Notes: a model not told the origin generated them from the letters alone. A stretch of DNA of 64,000 nt from Bdellovibrionales bacterium (GCA_965261545.1 CBDHDF010000007.1:416001-480000), one strand, 5' to 3'; numbered from the stretch's first letter, positions 21,734 to 34,762 are shown. Numbers and translations are program-made.

Positions 21734-24700
21734 TCACTTCAACCCCCCATCTGTGATGGACCAACCTTGATTCACTAAATTCTTCCTTGCCAAGGTCGCA
21801 CTGGAATTGTACTGCAGTGAACCCACATCAATAATTTTTTTAATTTTAGTGCTTATGGGTGATCCTTGATTGAATCTGATTAAAAATTTTGAATAATTGT
21901 CAGTGGATAAACCCGATGATGAAAAAATAGAAGTGAGATTGATGGCATTTCGAAATTCCCAAGCGGACACATCTGGATTGGCTTGACTAGCACCTTTAAA
22001 AACTTCTTTCATCTTTGTCACACGAGAAGTATTCCACCTTTCAGTATTCGGTTTGGCTTTAGTGGCATTATAAAACATACGTGATATATTGGTGAGTGAG
22101 TAAGTATTCCAAACTGTATATGGGTTGGCTTGGGTGGCATGGGCAAACATATATGACATATCTTTAACGCTGAAAGTATTCCAACGATAGGTCGCTGGAG
22201 TGGCTTCATAAGCTTCATAAAACATATATGACATATTGGTGACATTGGAAGTATTCCAAGCACGGGTATCCGGCTTGGCCTTCCAGGACCCCTTAAACAT
22301 GGCCTCCATGCTTTTGACATTGGAGGTGTCCCAACCACTGGTATCTGGGACGGCCTTTCTAGAAGCATAAAACATATAGCTCATGTTCTTGACCCTAGAG
22401 GTATTTCCCCCAAGAACTTTGGTGAGAAACACATTCTTTGAAAAGGCATAGGACAGATTCTCCCAGCCCATATCTCCAAGATTGATCACCTCCCTTAGAT
22501 ACAAAGAGGAATGTATGTTACTCTGAAGTCCCTCACACCTACCTGTAATGGTAATTATATAATCTCCAGCCTCAGAATAGACGTGCTTCTTGTCGGCATC
22601 ACCAAAAGATGTCACTCTACTGGCAACGCTTCCATCTCCCCAGTCTACGGTAAAATCATAATCGATTCCTGTTTTCTTCTTAAGAGGAAGAACAAGACGG
22701 TGCCCTGCTGGGATTTTCCATTTTGTGACAAAGCGATTGATTCCATTGGCAACAGAGGCATTGTCCACAATGAAGCCGCCCTTTTGACTAAGATGGATCT
22801 TTGCAGGGTGAGAAGATACATTTTCTAGATCAAGGGCTCCTGAAAATGTGTTGTCTCTCCTACAAGGTAAATTTTTCTCCACATTGGGCTCCCCAACAAC
22901 AACTTTGACAGGTCCAGAATTGGAATGGCAAGTTCCATGGATGGGGTAAGTTCCAGCGTTGGCCAGAGTTATGGTAAGTGGTTCATTGACTTTCAACCAC
23001 GATATGTCGAGGCTTGGTAGCCTGCTGTTTAAGCCTCCATCAGTGATAGTCCAACCCTTAGCTATTAAACTGGCACGAGCCGATACAGCACTGGAACTAT
23101 ATTTCAACGAACCTACATTCACCTTTTTTTGAGCACTGACGCTTGTAGGTGTCTTCTCATTGAGTCTTATGAGAAATCTTGAATAATTCTCAATAGATAA
23201 ACCTGACTTACCAGAGAGATAACTAAACATCCTTTCAATGGAGTGCCACGTGACATTGGTAAAATCCCAGTCCCTTGTATCTGGATCCGTTTGCGGAGCA
23301 TACACAAACATATAATTCATAGAGACCACCTTGGAAACATCCCAGCCCCTTGTATCCACGGTAGCTTGAGTGGCACCATAAAACATATTTTCCATACTCG
23401 TCACATTGGATGTATTCCCTCCAGAAACTTTTGTGAGATTGCGATTTTCGTAAAAAGCCCTAGATAAGTCTTTCCACCCCATATCCCCAAGGTTGACAAC
23501 CTCATTGAGATAGGGTCCGGAGTTCACTCCAAGAACACGATTGTTATTATGAAACCCCTCGCAAAGACCCGTGATTGTGATCGTATACTGCCTGGCTTCC
23601 GCATATGTATGCACCTTGTCGGTATCATTAAAAGATGTCACTCTACTGACAGAGCTTCCATCTCCCCAATCCACCTTGAAGTCATAATTGAGTCCTGAGT
23701 GTGATTTAAGGGGAAGAGTGAATCGATAATTGGCCGGAAAAGTCCATTTTGTTATAAAACGCTTCATCTTATTTGCAATGGATAAGTTATCTAAGACAGG
23801 TCCTCTCCTCTGACGTATTCTCACTCTGATGGGATGGGAAGATATATTTCGTACATCAAAATTCCCTGAAAAAGTGTTGTCTGCTAAACAAGGTAAATCT
23901 TTTTCCACATTTGGCTCTCCCACAACAACCCTGACAGCCCCAAAATCTTCATTGCAGAGTCCACTGATTGTGTAGGCCCCCGCATTGGCGAAGACAAGGG
24001 GAGAATGTGGTGTATCCATCGTCAGCAATGGTCTACCGAGATACTCTATTCGACCTAATACACCCCCATCGACAATGGTCCAACCTTTAGATACCAAACG
24101 AGCACGAGCCGACACAGCGCTGGAGTTGTACTGCAACCTATTTACATTGATCTCTTTTTGAATGTTAGGATTCCTTGGTGGTTTTCTATCGAGGCTTATT
24201 AAAAATTTTGAATAATGATCAACAGACAAACCTGATAACAAAAACAAACTCTTGAGACTGTTGTAACGATTGTCAATATTAGAATCGGGAACATAGGTGA
24301 CATTTGTAAAATCCCATCCACCTGTATCTGGGTTGGCTTGGCTGGCACCATAAAATAAACCTATCATATTGGTGACCTTGGAAGTATCCCAACCACTTGT
24401 ATTTGGGTTGGCTTGACGAGCTTTATGAAACATATTTAACATATTGGTCACATTGGAAGTATTCCATTGGCTTGTATCTGAATTTGCTTGAGAAGCATAA
24501 AAGAACATACCTCCCATATTGGTGACTTTGGAAGTATCCCAACCACTTGTATTTGGGTTCGCTCGGAAAGCATTCTCAAACATACTTTTCATGTTTGTGA
24601 CGCTGGACGTATTCCAATCACTTGTGTCGGGATTTGCTTGACGGGTATAGGCAAACATACTTTCCATGTTTGTGACACTGGAGGTATCCCAATCACTTGT

Positions 24701-27700
24701 GTCAGGGTTCGCTCGGAAAGCATTCTTAAACATACTTTTCATGTTTGTGACACTGGAAGTATTCCAATCACTTGTCTCGGGATTTGCTTGAGGGGTATAG
24801 GCAAACATACCTTCCATATTTTTAACCTTGGAAGTGTCCCAGCCACTTATGTCTGGTGTGACTTTGTTAGAATCATAAAACATATGACTCATATTGGTGA
24901 CACCCGATGTATTTCCTTTGTTGAGAAAGGTCTCAAGCTTATCATTATTTTCAAAAGCACGAGATAGATCTTTCCACTGCATACTTCCAAGGTTGGAAAC
25001 CTCTAGTAGATAGTTATTTGAAGGTGACGAATTATTTTGAAATCCCTCAGAGAGACCCTTCATCGTGATTGTATACTCTCCAGCATCAGTATATGTATGA
25101 GTCTTGTCCACATCATCAAAAGATGTAACTTTGCTGGTGTTTCCATCTCCCCACTCCACAATAAAATTATAATTGAGTCCTGTATCTGATTTAAGAGGAA
25201 GAATGAATTTATAATTAGATGGGAAAGACCATTTTGTTATAAAGTATTCCCTGCCTTCATTGGAGATAGAAGCACTTTTCACAGTACGTCCCTCACTCTG
25301 ACTGACTTGAATATTGGTGGGATTGGAAGATATGCTCTGTAGGTCAAAAGTGACTGAGAATGTATTCTCCACTCCACAAAATACATCCTTTTGTATATTT
25401 GGCTCCCCAACAACAACTTTGACAATTTCAGGGTTTGAGTTACAAGTTCCACTGACTGTGTAAGCCCCTATATTTAAAAATCCGATCGGAGCGAGTTCAT
25501 CCATTTTCAACCACGGAGCATCGAGACCTGGCCATGGATCAGTGGACAAGCCTCCATCCGTGATAACCCAACCCTTAGCGATTAAGCTGTTGCGAGCTGA
25601 GAAAGCAGCGGAGTGGAACTTTACACCAACATGAATACGTTTATGATGAATGGATTTTTTAGGTATCTTTTCGTTGAGTCTTATAAGAAATCTTGAATAA
25701 TTTTCTATAGATAAACCTGAATTGTGAGATAGATTTCCAAACATATCTCCAAGTTGAGTGATTTTTTTAAAATCCCAATGACGGGTATCTGGATTGGCTT
25801 GGGAGGCTCCAAAAAACATATTTCTCATACTGGTCACATTGGCAGTCTCCCAACCGCTTGTATCTGGCATGGCCTTGCTGGCACCATAAAACATATTTTC
25901 CATATGTGTAACACCTGATGTATTTCCTCCAGAAACTCTTCCGAGGTTATTATTACCTTGAAAGGCATAGGATAGGTCCTTCCATCCCATATCTCCGAGT
26001 TTGACCACCTCCCTGAGATACCCTTTGGAGCTCAGTCTATGAACTTCATTATTTTGGAATCCTTCACAAACCCCCTTGATCGTGACCGTATATTCTCCAG
26101 CCTTTGCATATGTATGGACTTTGTCGCTATCACTAAAAGATGTGATTTCACTGGTTCCTCCATCCCCCCAATCCACAATAAAATTATAATTGAGCCCTGC
26201 ATCTGGTTTAAGTGGAAGAACGAATCGATAGTTTTTCGGAAAATTCCATTTTGTGATAAAGTGTTCGATTGTATTCGCAACAGAGGTACTTCTTACTGTA
26301 TGGCCTCCCTCCTGACTGACTTCGATCATGACAGGATTGGAAAAGAGGTCTTTTAAATCAAAGACCCCTACAAATGTGTTGTCCCCTCTGCAAGGTAAAT
26401 ATTTTGCTATATTTGGCTTAATAAAGACTCTAACGCCTCTAGGATTTGAGTTACAAGTTCCACGGATGGTGTAGGCTCTGGCATTTTCTGAAGTGATGAC
26501 GGCCAATGGCATATCAATTTTTAACCAAGGCACGCCAAGGCTTGGCAATTGACTGTTCAAACCTCCATCAATGATGGTCCACCCCTTAGTTACTAAGCTT
26601 TTCCGGGCCAATCCAGCACTGGATTGGTACTGTAAAGAGCCTACGTCAATCTTTTTCTGAACGTTGGTGCTTGTAGGCGCCTTGTTATTAAGTCTTATAA
26701 GAAATTTTGAATAACTTTCAATGGATAAACCTGATATAGCTGGTCTATTTCCAAACATTTTTGCGATAGAATTTGAGGAGGTGAGGTTTGTAAAATTCCA
26801 GCCACTTGTACCTGGACTTGCGCTCGTGGCATAAATAAACATATGGCCCATGTCGGTCACATTGGAAGTATCCCAACCCCTTGTATCTGGAACCACTCGC
26901 TCTGCATTGTAAAACATATACTTCATGTCCGTCACATGGGATGTATTTCCACCGAAAAATTTGGTGAGATTATCGTTATCTCGAAAAGCGTAGGATAGAT
27001 CTTTCCATCCCATATCTCCAAGGTTCATCACCTCATATAGATTTCTTCCAGAACTCACCCAAGAAAGATTATTGTCATTCTGAAATCCCTCGCAAACCCC
27101 CTTGATCGTGACCTTATACTCTCCGGCGTCAGCATATGTATGCACCTTATCGAGGTCATCAAAAGATGTAATTCTACTGACAGGGCTTCCATCTCCCCAG
27201 TTCACAGTAAAATTATATTTGAGCCCTGAACCTTTCTTAATAGGCAGAGTGAATCGATAATTGGCCGAAAAATGCCACTTTGTTATAAAATGATCCATCT
27301 TATTTGCAATGGATGAATTCTCTACAGCGGAACCACCCTTCTGACTTGCCCGAACGATCACAGGATGGGAGGACACATTGCGCACATCAAAAATCCCTGA
27401 AAACGTATTATTTGATGAGCAAGGCAAATCTTTCTCCACATTTGGTTCTCCCACAACAACCCTGACAACTCCAAGACTTCCATTGCAAGTTCCACTAATG
27501 GCATAGTCCTTTGCATTGGAAGAAACAATGGCAAATGGCGGCGTATCAATCGTCAGCCACGGCACATTGAAACTCAACACTTGGCTGTCCAAGCCCCCAT
27601 CGAGGATCGTCCAGCCTTTAGTTATTAAGCTTTGCCGGGCCAACACGGCACTGGAGTTGTATTGCAACCTATGCACATTGATTTCTTTCTGAATTCGAGA

Positions 27701-30700
27701 GTCCCTAGGTGTGCTGGCATCAAGACTTATTAAAAATTTTGAATAATGATCAACAGACAAACCTGATAATAAAAATAAACTCTTGAGGCTATTGTAGCGA
27801 TTTTCAATATCGGAATTGAGAACATAATTGACATTCGTAAATTTCCAACGACTTGTATCTGGATTGGCCTGACCAGCACCATAAAACACACCTATCATAT
27901 TGGTCACATTGGAAGTATTCCAAAGGCTTATGTTAGGAGCCGCTTGGAGGGCACCATGAAACAGATTTTCCATATTGGTGACCTTAGAAGTATCCCATTG
28001 GCTTGTGTCTGGGTTAGCTTGAGAGGCATAAAAGAACATCTCTTTCATATTGGTCACGCTGGCTGTATTCCACCGACTCGTATCTGGGTTCGCTCGATTG
28101 GTATAAGCAAACATACCTTCCATATTGGTCACGCTGGAAGTATTCCAGCCACTGGTGTCTGGATTGGTCCGACGAGTATTTCTAAATGTATCTTTCATAT
28201 TGGTGACCTTAGAAGTATTCCATCTACTGGTATTTGGGGCCGCATTAGAAAAGAAAAACATACTTTCCATATTGATCACATTGGAAGTGTCCCAACCCCT
28301 TGTATCTGGCTTCGCTGCCAAGGTATTATAAAACATTTGCTTCATATTAGTCACCTTGGATGTATTTCCTCCAAGAATTTTTGTAAGATAACGATTATTC
28401 TTAAAAGCATACGACAGATCTTTCCACCCCATACTTCCAAGGTTGACAACCTCCTTGAGCTTGTCTCCAGAGTCAATCCAGGAAGATCATTGTTATTTTC
28501 GAACCCCTCACAAGTTCCATGAATCGTGACTGTATAGGATCCAGCATCTCGATATGTATGTACCTTATTGGAATCAGCAAAAGATGTGACTTGGCTGGAA
28601 GAACTCCCATCTCCCCAGTCCACAGTAAAATTATATTGAAGCCCTGGCCCTTTCTTGAGAGGAAGGGTGAATCGATAATTGGATGAAAAGGTCCATTTTG
28701 TTACAAAACGGTCTATGTTATTGGCAATAGATACATCATCCTTTACGACGGGACCTCCACCTTGGCTTGCACTGACGATGACGGGATGGGAGGATACGTT
28801 TCGTATATCAATGCTCCCTAAAAATGTGTTGTCTGAGGAACAAACGAAATCCTTTTGAACATTTGGCTCTCCCACAACAACACTGACAACTCCAAGACTT
28901 CCGTTGCAAGTTCCACTGATGATGTAAGCTTCTGCATTGGAAGAGACAATGGGAATCGACGACTTGTCAATGGTCAGCAATGACAGATTGGAATTCAACA
29001 CTTGGGGTTGGGTATCCAAACCGCCATCCACAATGACCCATCCCTTACTTTTTAATTTGGAGCGGGCTGATGCAGCACTGGAGTTGTATTGCAACCAACC
29101 CACATTGATTTCTTTCTGAATACGAGAGTCCCTAGGTGGTCTTGCATTGAGGCTTATTAAAAATTTTGAGTAGTTATCAATAGACAGGTCTGATTTTAAA
29201 AATAGACTCTTGAGACTATTGTAACGATTTTCAACACCAAGATCGGAATAGATAACACTTGTAAAGTCCCAGCCACTCGTGTCTGGGTTGGCTTGAGGAG
29301 CGCTATAAAACATACCTATCATATTGACCACATTGGCAGTTTTCCATCGACTCGTATCTGGGTTGGCTTGAGCGGCATAAAAAAACATGCCTTCCATACT
29401 GATGACATTGGAAGTGTCCCATCCCCTTGTATTTGGATTTGCTTGACGAGCACTCTTAAACATATTAAACATATTTGTGACATTGGAGGTGTTCCATCCA
29501 CTCGTATCTGGATTGGCCTGACCAGTATAGGCAAACATATGATTCATATCTGTGACCTTGGAAGTATTCCAGTTACTGGTATTTGGGGTGGCTTTCCTGG
29601 CACTTTTAAACATACTTGCCATATTCGTAACACTGGAGGTATTCCACTTACTTGTCTCTGGATTTGCGAAAGAGGCATAAAAGAACATACCCTCCATATC
29701 TGTGATCTTGGAAGTATCCCAAGCCCTTGTATCTGGTTTCGCTTTGAGCGCACCATAAAACATGTGTTTCATGTTAGTGACCTTGGATGTATTCCCTCCA
29801 AAAACTTTTTTGAGATTATGATTATTTTTAAAAGCATAAGATAAATCTTTCCACCCCATATCTCCAAGGCTGGTAACCTCCCTGAGCTTGCCCCCAGAAT
29901 TAATTTCAGGAAGATCATTGTTGTTTTCGAACCCCTCACAAGTCCCTTCGATCACAATCGTGTAGTTTCCAGCACTCGCATAGGTATGCACCTTGTCGGT
30001 ATCATCAAAAGATGTGATTTCACTGGACGAATTATCTCCCCAATCCACAGTAAAATTATAATCCAGCCCTGAGCCTTTCTTAATAGGCAGAGTGAATCGA
30101 TAATTGGACGAAAAAACCCATTTTGTTACAAAACGGTTTATCTTATTAGCCATGGATGAAGTCTTTGAAATAACACCTCCATTTTGACTGACACTGATAT
30201 TGATTGGATGAGAGGATATATTTCGTAAATTAAAATCCAAGAAAAACGTGTTGTCTCGCTTACAAGCTGTATTTCTTTGTATATTTGGCTCTCCCACAAC
30301 AATTCGAACCACTCCCAATTTGGCATTGCAAGTTCCACTGATCCCATAAGTAGCTGCATTGGAGGACTGAATGGAAACTGGTGGCGTATCAATAGACAAT
30401 AATGGTATATTTTGATCCACCCCTTGGCTGTCCAAGCCTCCATCAATGATGATCCAACCCTTAGCTATTAAGCTGGCACGAGCCGATACAGCACTGGCAT
30501 TGTATTGCAAAAAACCCACGTTGATTTCTTTTTGAGTCTTAGAATTCGTAGGTGAATTTGCATTGAGGCTTATTAAGAATTTTGAATAATTATCAATAGA
30601 CAAGCTCGACAATAAAAATAAACTTTTGAGACTATTGTAGCGACTTTCCATATCTCTAGTGGTGTTATAGGTCACACTTGTAAAGTCCCAGCCACTTGTA

Positions 30701-31788
30701 TCTGGATTGGCTTGATTGGCACCATAAAATAGGCCTATCATATTGATGATATTGGAAGTCCTCCAATGACGTGTCTCCGGATTTGCTCGGAGGGCTAGGT
30801 AAAACATTTGTTGCATATTAGTTACATTGGAAGTATCCCAACCACTTGTATTTGGATGGACTCGATCAGCTCCCGAAAACATATACCCCATATTGGTAAC
30901 ATTTGATGTATTTCCTCCAAGAAATTTTGTAAGATTATCATTATCTTGAAAAGCATAAGATAGATCTTTCCACCCCATATTTCCTAGATTCATAACCTCA
31001 TATAGAAGATTTTTTGAAGATGAATTATTTTGAAATCCCTCACAAACACCTGTGATTGTGACTATATATTTTCCAAACTTTTTGTATGTATGCACCTTAT
31101 CGAGATCATCAAAAGAAGTCACTTCACTGGTGCTTCCATCTCCCCAGTCTACAGTAAAATTATAGTCTAATGATGAACCTGATTTAAGTGGAAGGGTGAA
31201 TTGATAATTAGATGGAAATTTCCATTTTGTAACAAACTGATTGATATCATTAGAAATAGAAGAATTTGTAACTGAGGCTGTAAGACTCCCCTCCTGACTC
31301 AATTGATGCTGAGTGACCGTCACTGTAACGGGATGAGAATATACATTTTGTACATTGAGACTCCCTGAAAATGTGTTGTTTTGTGCACAAGGAATATCTT
31401 TCTGCACATTCGGCTTTCCAATAATGATGCTAACAACTCCGAAACTTGCGTTGCAAGTTCCACTGACAGTGTAGACCCCTGCATTGGATGAAGAAATGGA
31501 GGGTAAAGGCCCATCAACAGTCAGTTTGGGTGCTCTGCACATATTGGTTTTCTTCTTTTCCAAAAAAATTGCATACTGTTTCCAACTTGAGCACCTTGAA
31601 CTTCCGCTGCAATTCTGTGGCCTACTAACTTCACTTGAACCTAAGTTTGCATTTGCATTTGCATTTGCATTTGAAACTGTATTTGAATAGGCAGAATATG
31701 TGCATATATAGGATGAAACCAGTAAAAGAAAAACAAAGATATTTAACCGTCTAAACAATGTTATTATATACGATATTTTCGTATTCAT
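21734..31788 (-). pseudogene. Giant DUF285/BspA-like protein (~3350 aa, 8 modules) split by a 1-bp frameshift near 28478; pseudogene or sequencing error
   Basis: ORFs 28351..31788 and 21734..28432 join mid-module; compared with the paralogous module (DLPEINSGGKLREV) one base is missing after DLP. Confidence 0.8.
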
Positions 31789-31903
31789 TTTACATCACCC
31801 TCCCTTTAACTTGACAATCGCATTGACCATTATTAATATTAATTATATCTAGAAATAAAGAAAAATCAAAAATATTCTAAGAGTCATCTCACATCAGGAA
31901 TAG

Positions 31904-32029
31904 TAGCTGCTCATTCCTTGGATAAGATACGAGGCACCAAGGCGGCGGCGACTGGAGGCGTACTTTGGGTACGTTGAAAGGAGCCACCGCCGCAGGTAAC
32001 AAAGTAGATCACCAAGGAGTGAGCAGTTA
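31904..32029. mobile_element. 126-bp palindromic MITE-like element
   Basis: Terminal IRs TAGCTGCTCATTCCTTGG / CCAAGGAGTGAGCAGTTA; internal GGCGG/CCGCC and CGTAC/GTACG stems; flanked by tcaggaatag / tcaggaatat. Confidence 0.72.
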
Positions 32030-32046
32030 TCAGGAATATATCGAAT

Positions 32047-34185
32047 TTATTCCTGACCTCCATCGTTAAACGTCCAACCCTTTCCCATTAAACTTGTACG
32101 AGATGATGCGGCACTGGATCTATATTTTAATGTGCCCACATCAATTGTCTTATCGAGGACTCTAGGTGTGCTTTTATTGAGTTGTATTAGAAGTTTTGAA
32201 TAATTTTCAATGGATAGAGATGAATATTGTAAGAAATTACTTAAATTGATCTTCACCTTCGTAAAGTTCCACCCACTTGTATCTGGATTTGCTTTTCTTG
32301 CATAGTAAAACATATCTAGCATATTTTTGACATTGGAAGTACTCCACCCACTTGTATCTGGCTTAGCTTGGATTGCAGAAGAAAACATCCTTGCCATATC
32401 TGTGACATTGGAAGTATTCCACCCACTTGTATCTGGGGTGGCTTGGGTTGCAGCAGAAAACATACTTGCCATATTTGTGACATTGGAAGTATTCCACCCA
32501 CTTGTATCTGGGGTGGCTTGGGTTGCAGAAGAAAACATAAATGCCATATTTATGACATTGGAAGTGTTCCACCCACTTGTATCTGGGGTGGCTTCGTATG
32601 CAGAAGAAAACATACTTGCCATATTTGTGACATTGGAAGTATTCCACCCACTTGTATCTGGGGTGGCTTGGATTGCATAAAAAAACATCCTTGCCATATT
32701 TGTGACATTGGAAGTATTCCACCCACTTGTATCTGGGGTGGCTTGGACTGCATAGTAAAACATACTTGCCATATTTATGACATTGGAAGTGTTCCACCCA
32801 CTTGTATCTGGGGTGGCTTCGTATGCAGAAGAAAACATAAATTCCATATTTGTGACATTGGAAGTATTCCACCCACTTGTATCTGGGGTGGCTTGGATTG
32901 CAGCAGAAAACATACTTGCCATATTTGTGACATTGGAAGTATTCCACCCACTTGTATCTGGCTTGGCTTGGGTTGCAGAAGCAAACATACTTGCCATATT
33001 TGTGACATTGGAAGTATTCCACCCACTTGTATCTGGCTTGGCTTGGGTTGCAGAAGAAAACATGCTTGCCATATTTGTGACATTGGAAGTATTCCACCCA
33101 CTTGTATCTGGCTTGGCTTGGGTTGCAGAAGAAAACATAAATGCCATATTTATGACATTGGAAGTGTTCCACCCACTTGTATCTGGGGTGGCTTCGTATG
33201 CAGAAGAAAACATAAATTCCATATTTGTGACATTGGAAGTATTCCACCCACTTGTATCTGGGGTGGCTTGGACTGCATAGTAAAACATACTTTCCATATT
33301 TGTGACATTGGAGGTACTCCATCCACTTGTATCTGTCTTGGCTTGGGTTGCAGCAGAAAACATAGATTCCATATTTGTGACATTGGAAGTATTTCCTCCA
33401 AGAACTTTTGTGAGAGAATCATTATTATGAAAGGCATAGGACAAATCTCTCCATCCTACATTTCCAAGATCGGTCACCTCAATCAAAAAATTTCTTGAGG
33501 ATTCCACGTTATTTTGAAATCCCTCACAAAGTCCCATAATGGTGATGGTATATGTTCCCTCTGTGGCATAAATATGTACCTTATCGGGATCATCAAAAGA
33601 CGTCACTTCACTGACACCACTTTTATCTCCCCAATCCACAATGAAATTATATTTTAAATTTGATGTGTCATTTTCTTTAAGTGGAAGAGTGAATGTATGG
33701 TTATTGTTGTCAAACTTCCATTTTGTTACAAAATGATTAATATCATTGGCAACAGTGACACTGTGTGTGTCCTTTCCATGTGTCACTGTGACTATGACTT
33801 CGTCTGATGTCTCTTGGCTCACATCGAAAGTTCCTGTAAAGACATTGGAACTGCAAGGCACTTCTACAGAAGTGATCTGAGGCTCTCCAACAACCACCGA
33901 CACGTCTCCATTCACATTTGAATCACAGGTTCCTTGTATCGTGTAGGACCTTGAATTGGATGAAAGAAGAGAGGCCAATGGTTCATTGACACTTAGGGGG
34001 CTCGATATAGGGTTGGAATTCGACGTAGGAACCGTATTTGATGTGGGAACGGTAACAACACCACTTTCTTTATTTTTCTTGTGACTATCGTTCTTCTTGC
34101 AACCCATAAGGGTCGTCAAAAATAAGATGAGTAAGATGGTGAGTAAAATCTCATAGATTATCTTCGCGTTGTTACTTTTTCTCAT
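32047..34185 (-). CDS. DUF285/BspA-like lipoprotein with 15 tandem 25-aa repeats
   Basis: Lipobox LMGC; one Ig-like + PKD-like module; TSNVTNMxxMFxxAxxAxPDTSGWN repeats. Confidence 0.9.
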   Translation of the reverse strand: MRKSNNAKIIYEILLTILLILFLTTLMGCKKNDSHKKNKESGVVTVPTSNTVPTSNSNPISSPLSVNEPLASLLSSNSRSYTIQGTCDSNVNGDVSVVVGEPQITSVEVPCSSNVFTGTFDVSQETSDEVIVTVTHGKDTHSVTVANDINHFVTKWKFDNNNHTFTLPLKENDTSNLKYNFIVDWGDKSGVSEVTSFDDPDKVHIYATEGTYTITIMGLCEGFQNNVESSRNFLIEVTDLGNVGWRDLSYAFHNNDSLTKVLGGNTSNVTNMESMFSAATQAKTDTSGWSTSNVTNMESMFYYAVQATPDTSGWNTSNVTNMEFMFSSAYEATPDTSGWNTSNVINMAFMFSSATQAKPDTSGWNTSNVTNMASMFSSATQAKPDTSGWNTSNVTNMASMFASATQAKPDTSGWNTSNVTNMASMFSAAIQATPDTSGWNTSNVTNMEFMFSSAYEATPDTSGWNTSNVINMASMFYYAVQATPDTSGWNTSNVTNMARMFFYAIQATPDTSGWNTSNVTNMASMFSSAYEATPDTSGWNTSNVINMAFMFSSATQATPDTSGWNTSNVTNMASMFSAATQATPDTSGWNTSNVTDMARMFSSAIQAKPDTSGWSTSNVKNMLDMFYYARKANPDTSGWNFTKVKINLSNFLQYSSLSIENYSKLLIQLNKSTPRVLDKTIDVGTLKYRSSAASSRTSLMGKGWTFNDGGQE
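32270..33392 (-). repeat. 75-bp coding tandem repeat, 15 units
   Basis: Near-invariant core catatttgtgacattggaagtattccacccacttgtatctgg recurring at 75-bp period. Confidence 0.95.
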
Positions 34186-34762
34186 TTTCTACCTTGATCT
34201 TCAAAGAAGGGAGTCGTTCCATTACGACTTCTACTCAATAATTCGGTAAATAGTTTGATTGAATGAAATCAAAAGTGGAATGAACTCATGGGCGGTGGGA
34301 TGGAGGAATTTTTACATTGAGACCCCAAAATGTATTGTTTTGTACACCTAGAGATTCTTCTTCTACACATCAGCTTGGATACAACGAAACTAAAAGCCTA
34401 GCTGGACTTTAGTATTGAAATCTCAACCCGAGGGGCATCTATCCATATCTACATCTATTAAGTATCTCTACAAAATCTATAAAAAGATAAACAAATCCTA
34501 TGAAAACCTCTTGATAAATAAACAATTAATTATTACCATAACATTCAGTAATAACTATTATTCTCCGATTTGTTTTATGAATGAACCTATGAATGAAACA
34601 TAGACCATCGGGACGAGAGACAATCCACGACTTAAGGAGTTGTGTCATGCATAGTATACTCCAAACCCATCACTATATCCGAGGGAGAAAAGTAACTTGA
34701 AGGCTTTGAAATGGAAAACACTCCGATACACTCTTGCTTCACCCAGCAAGTTGCAGAAAATT

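Noticed and set aside
32270..33392. CRISPR-like periodicity (constant ~40-bp block plus variable block)
   Set aside because: The period is exactly 75 bp in frame within a protein, the variable blocks are homologous to each other, and no cas genes are present
32316..33498. Long Cys/His-rich alternative-frame ORFs (e.g. 32368..33498, 32363..33322), and similar ones at 24488, 27944 and 29293
   Set aside because: Shadows of stop-free tandem repeats in the DUF285 genes
17662..34185. Diversity-generating retroelement or shufflon behind the repeat variation
   Set aside because: No reverse transcriptase, invertase or template/variable repeat pair with adenine-specific differences seen in the window
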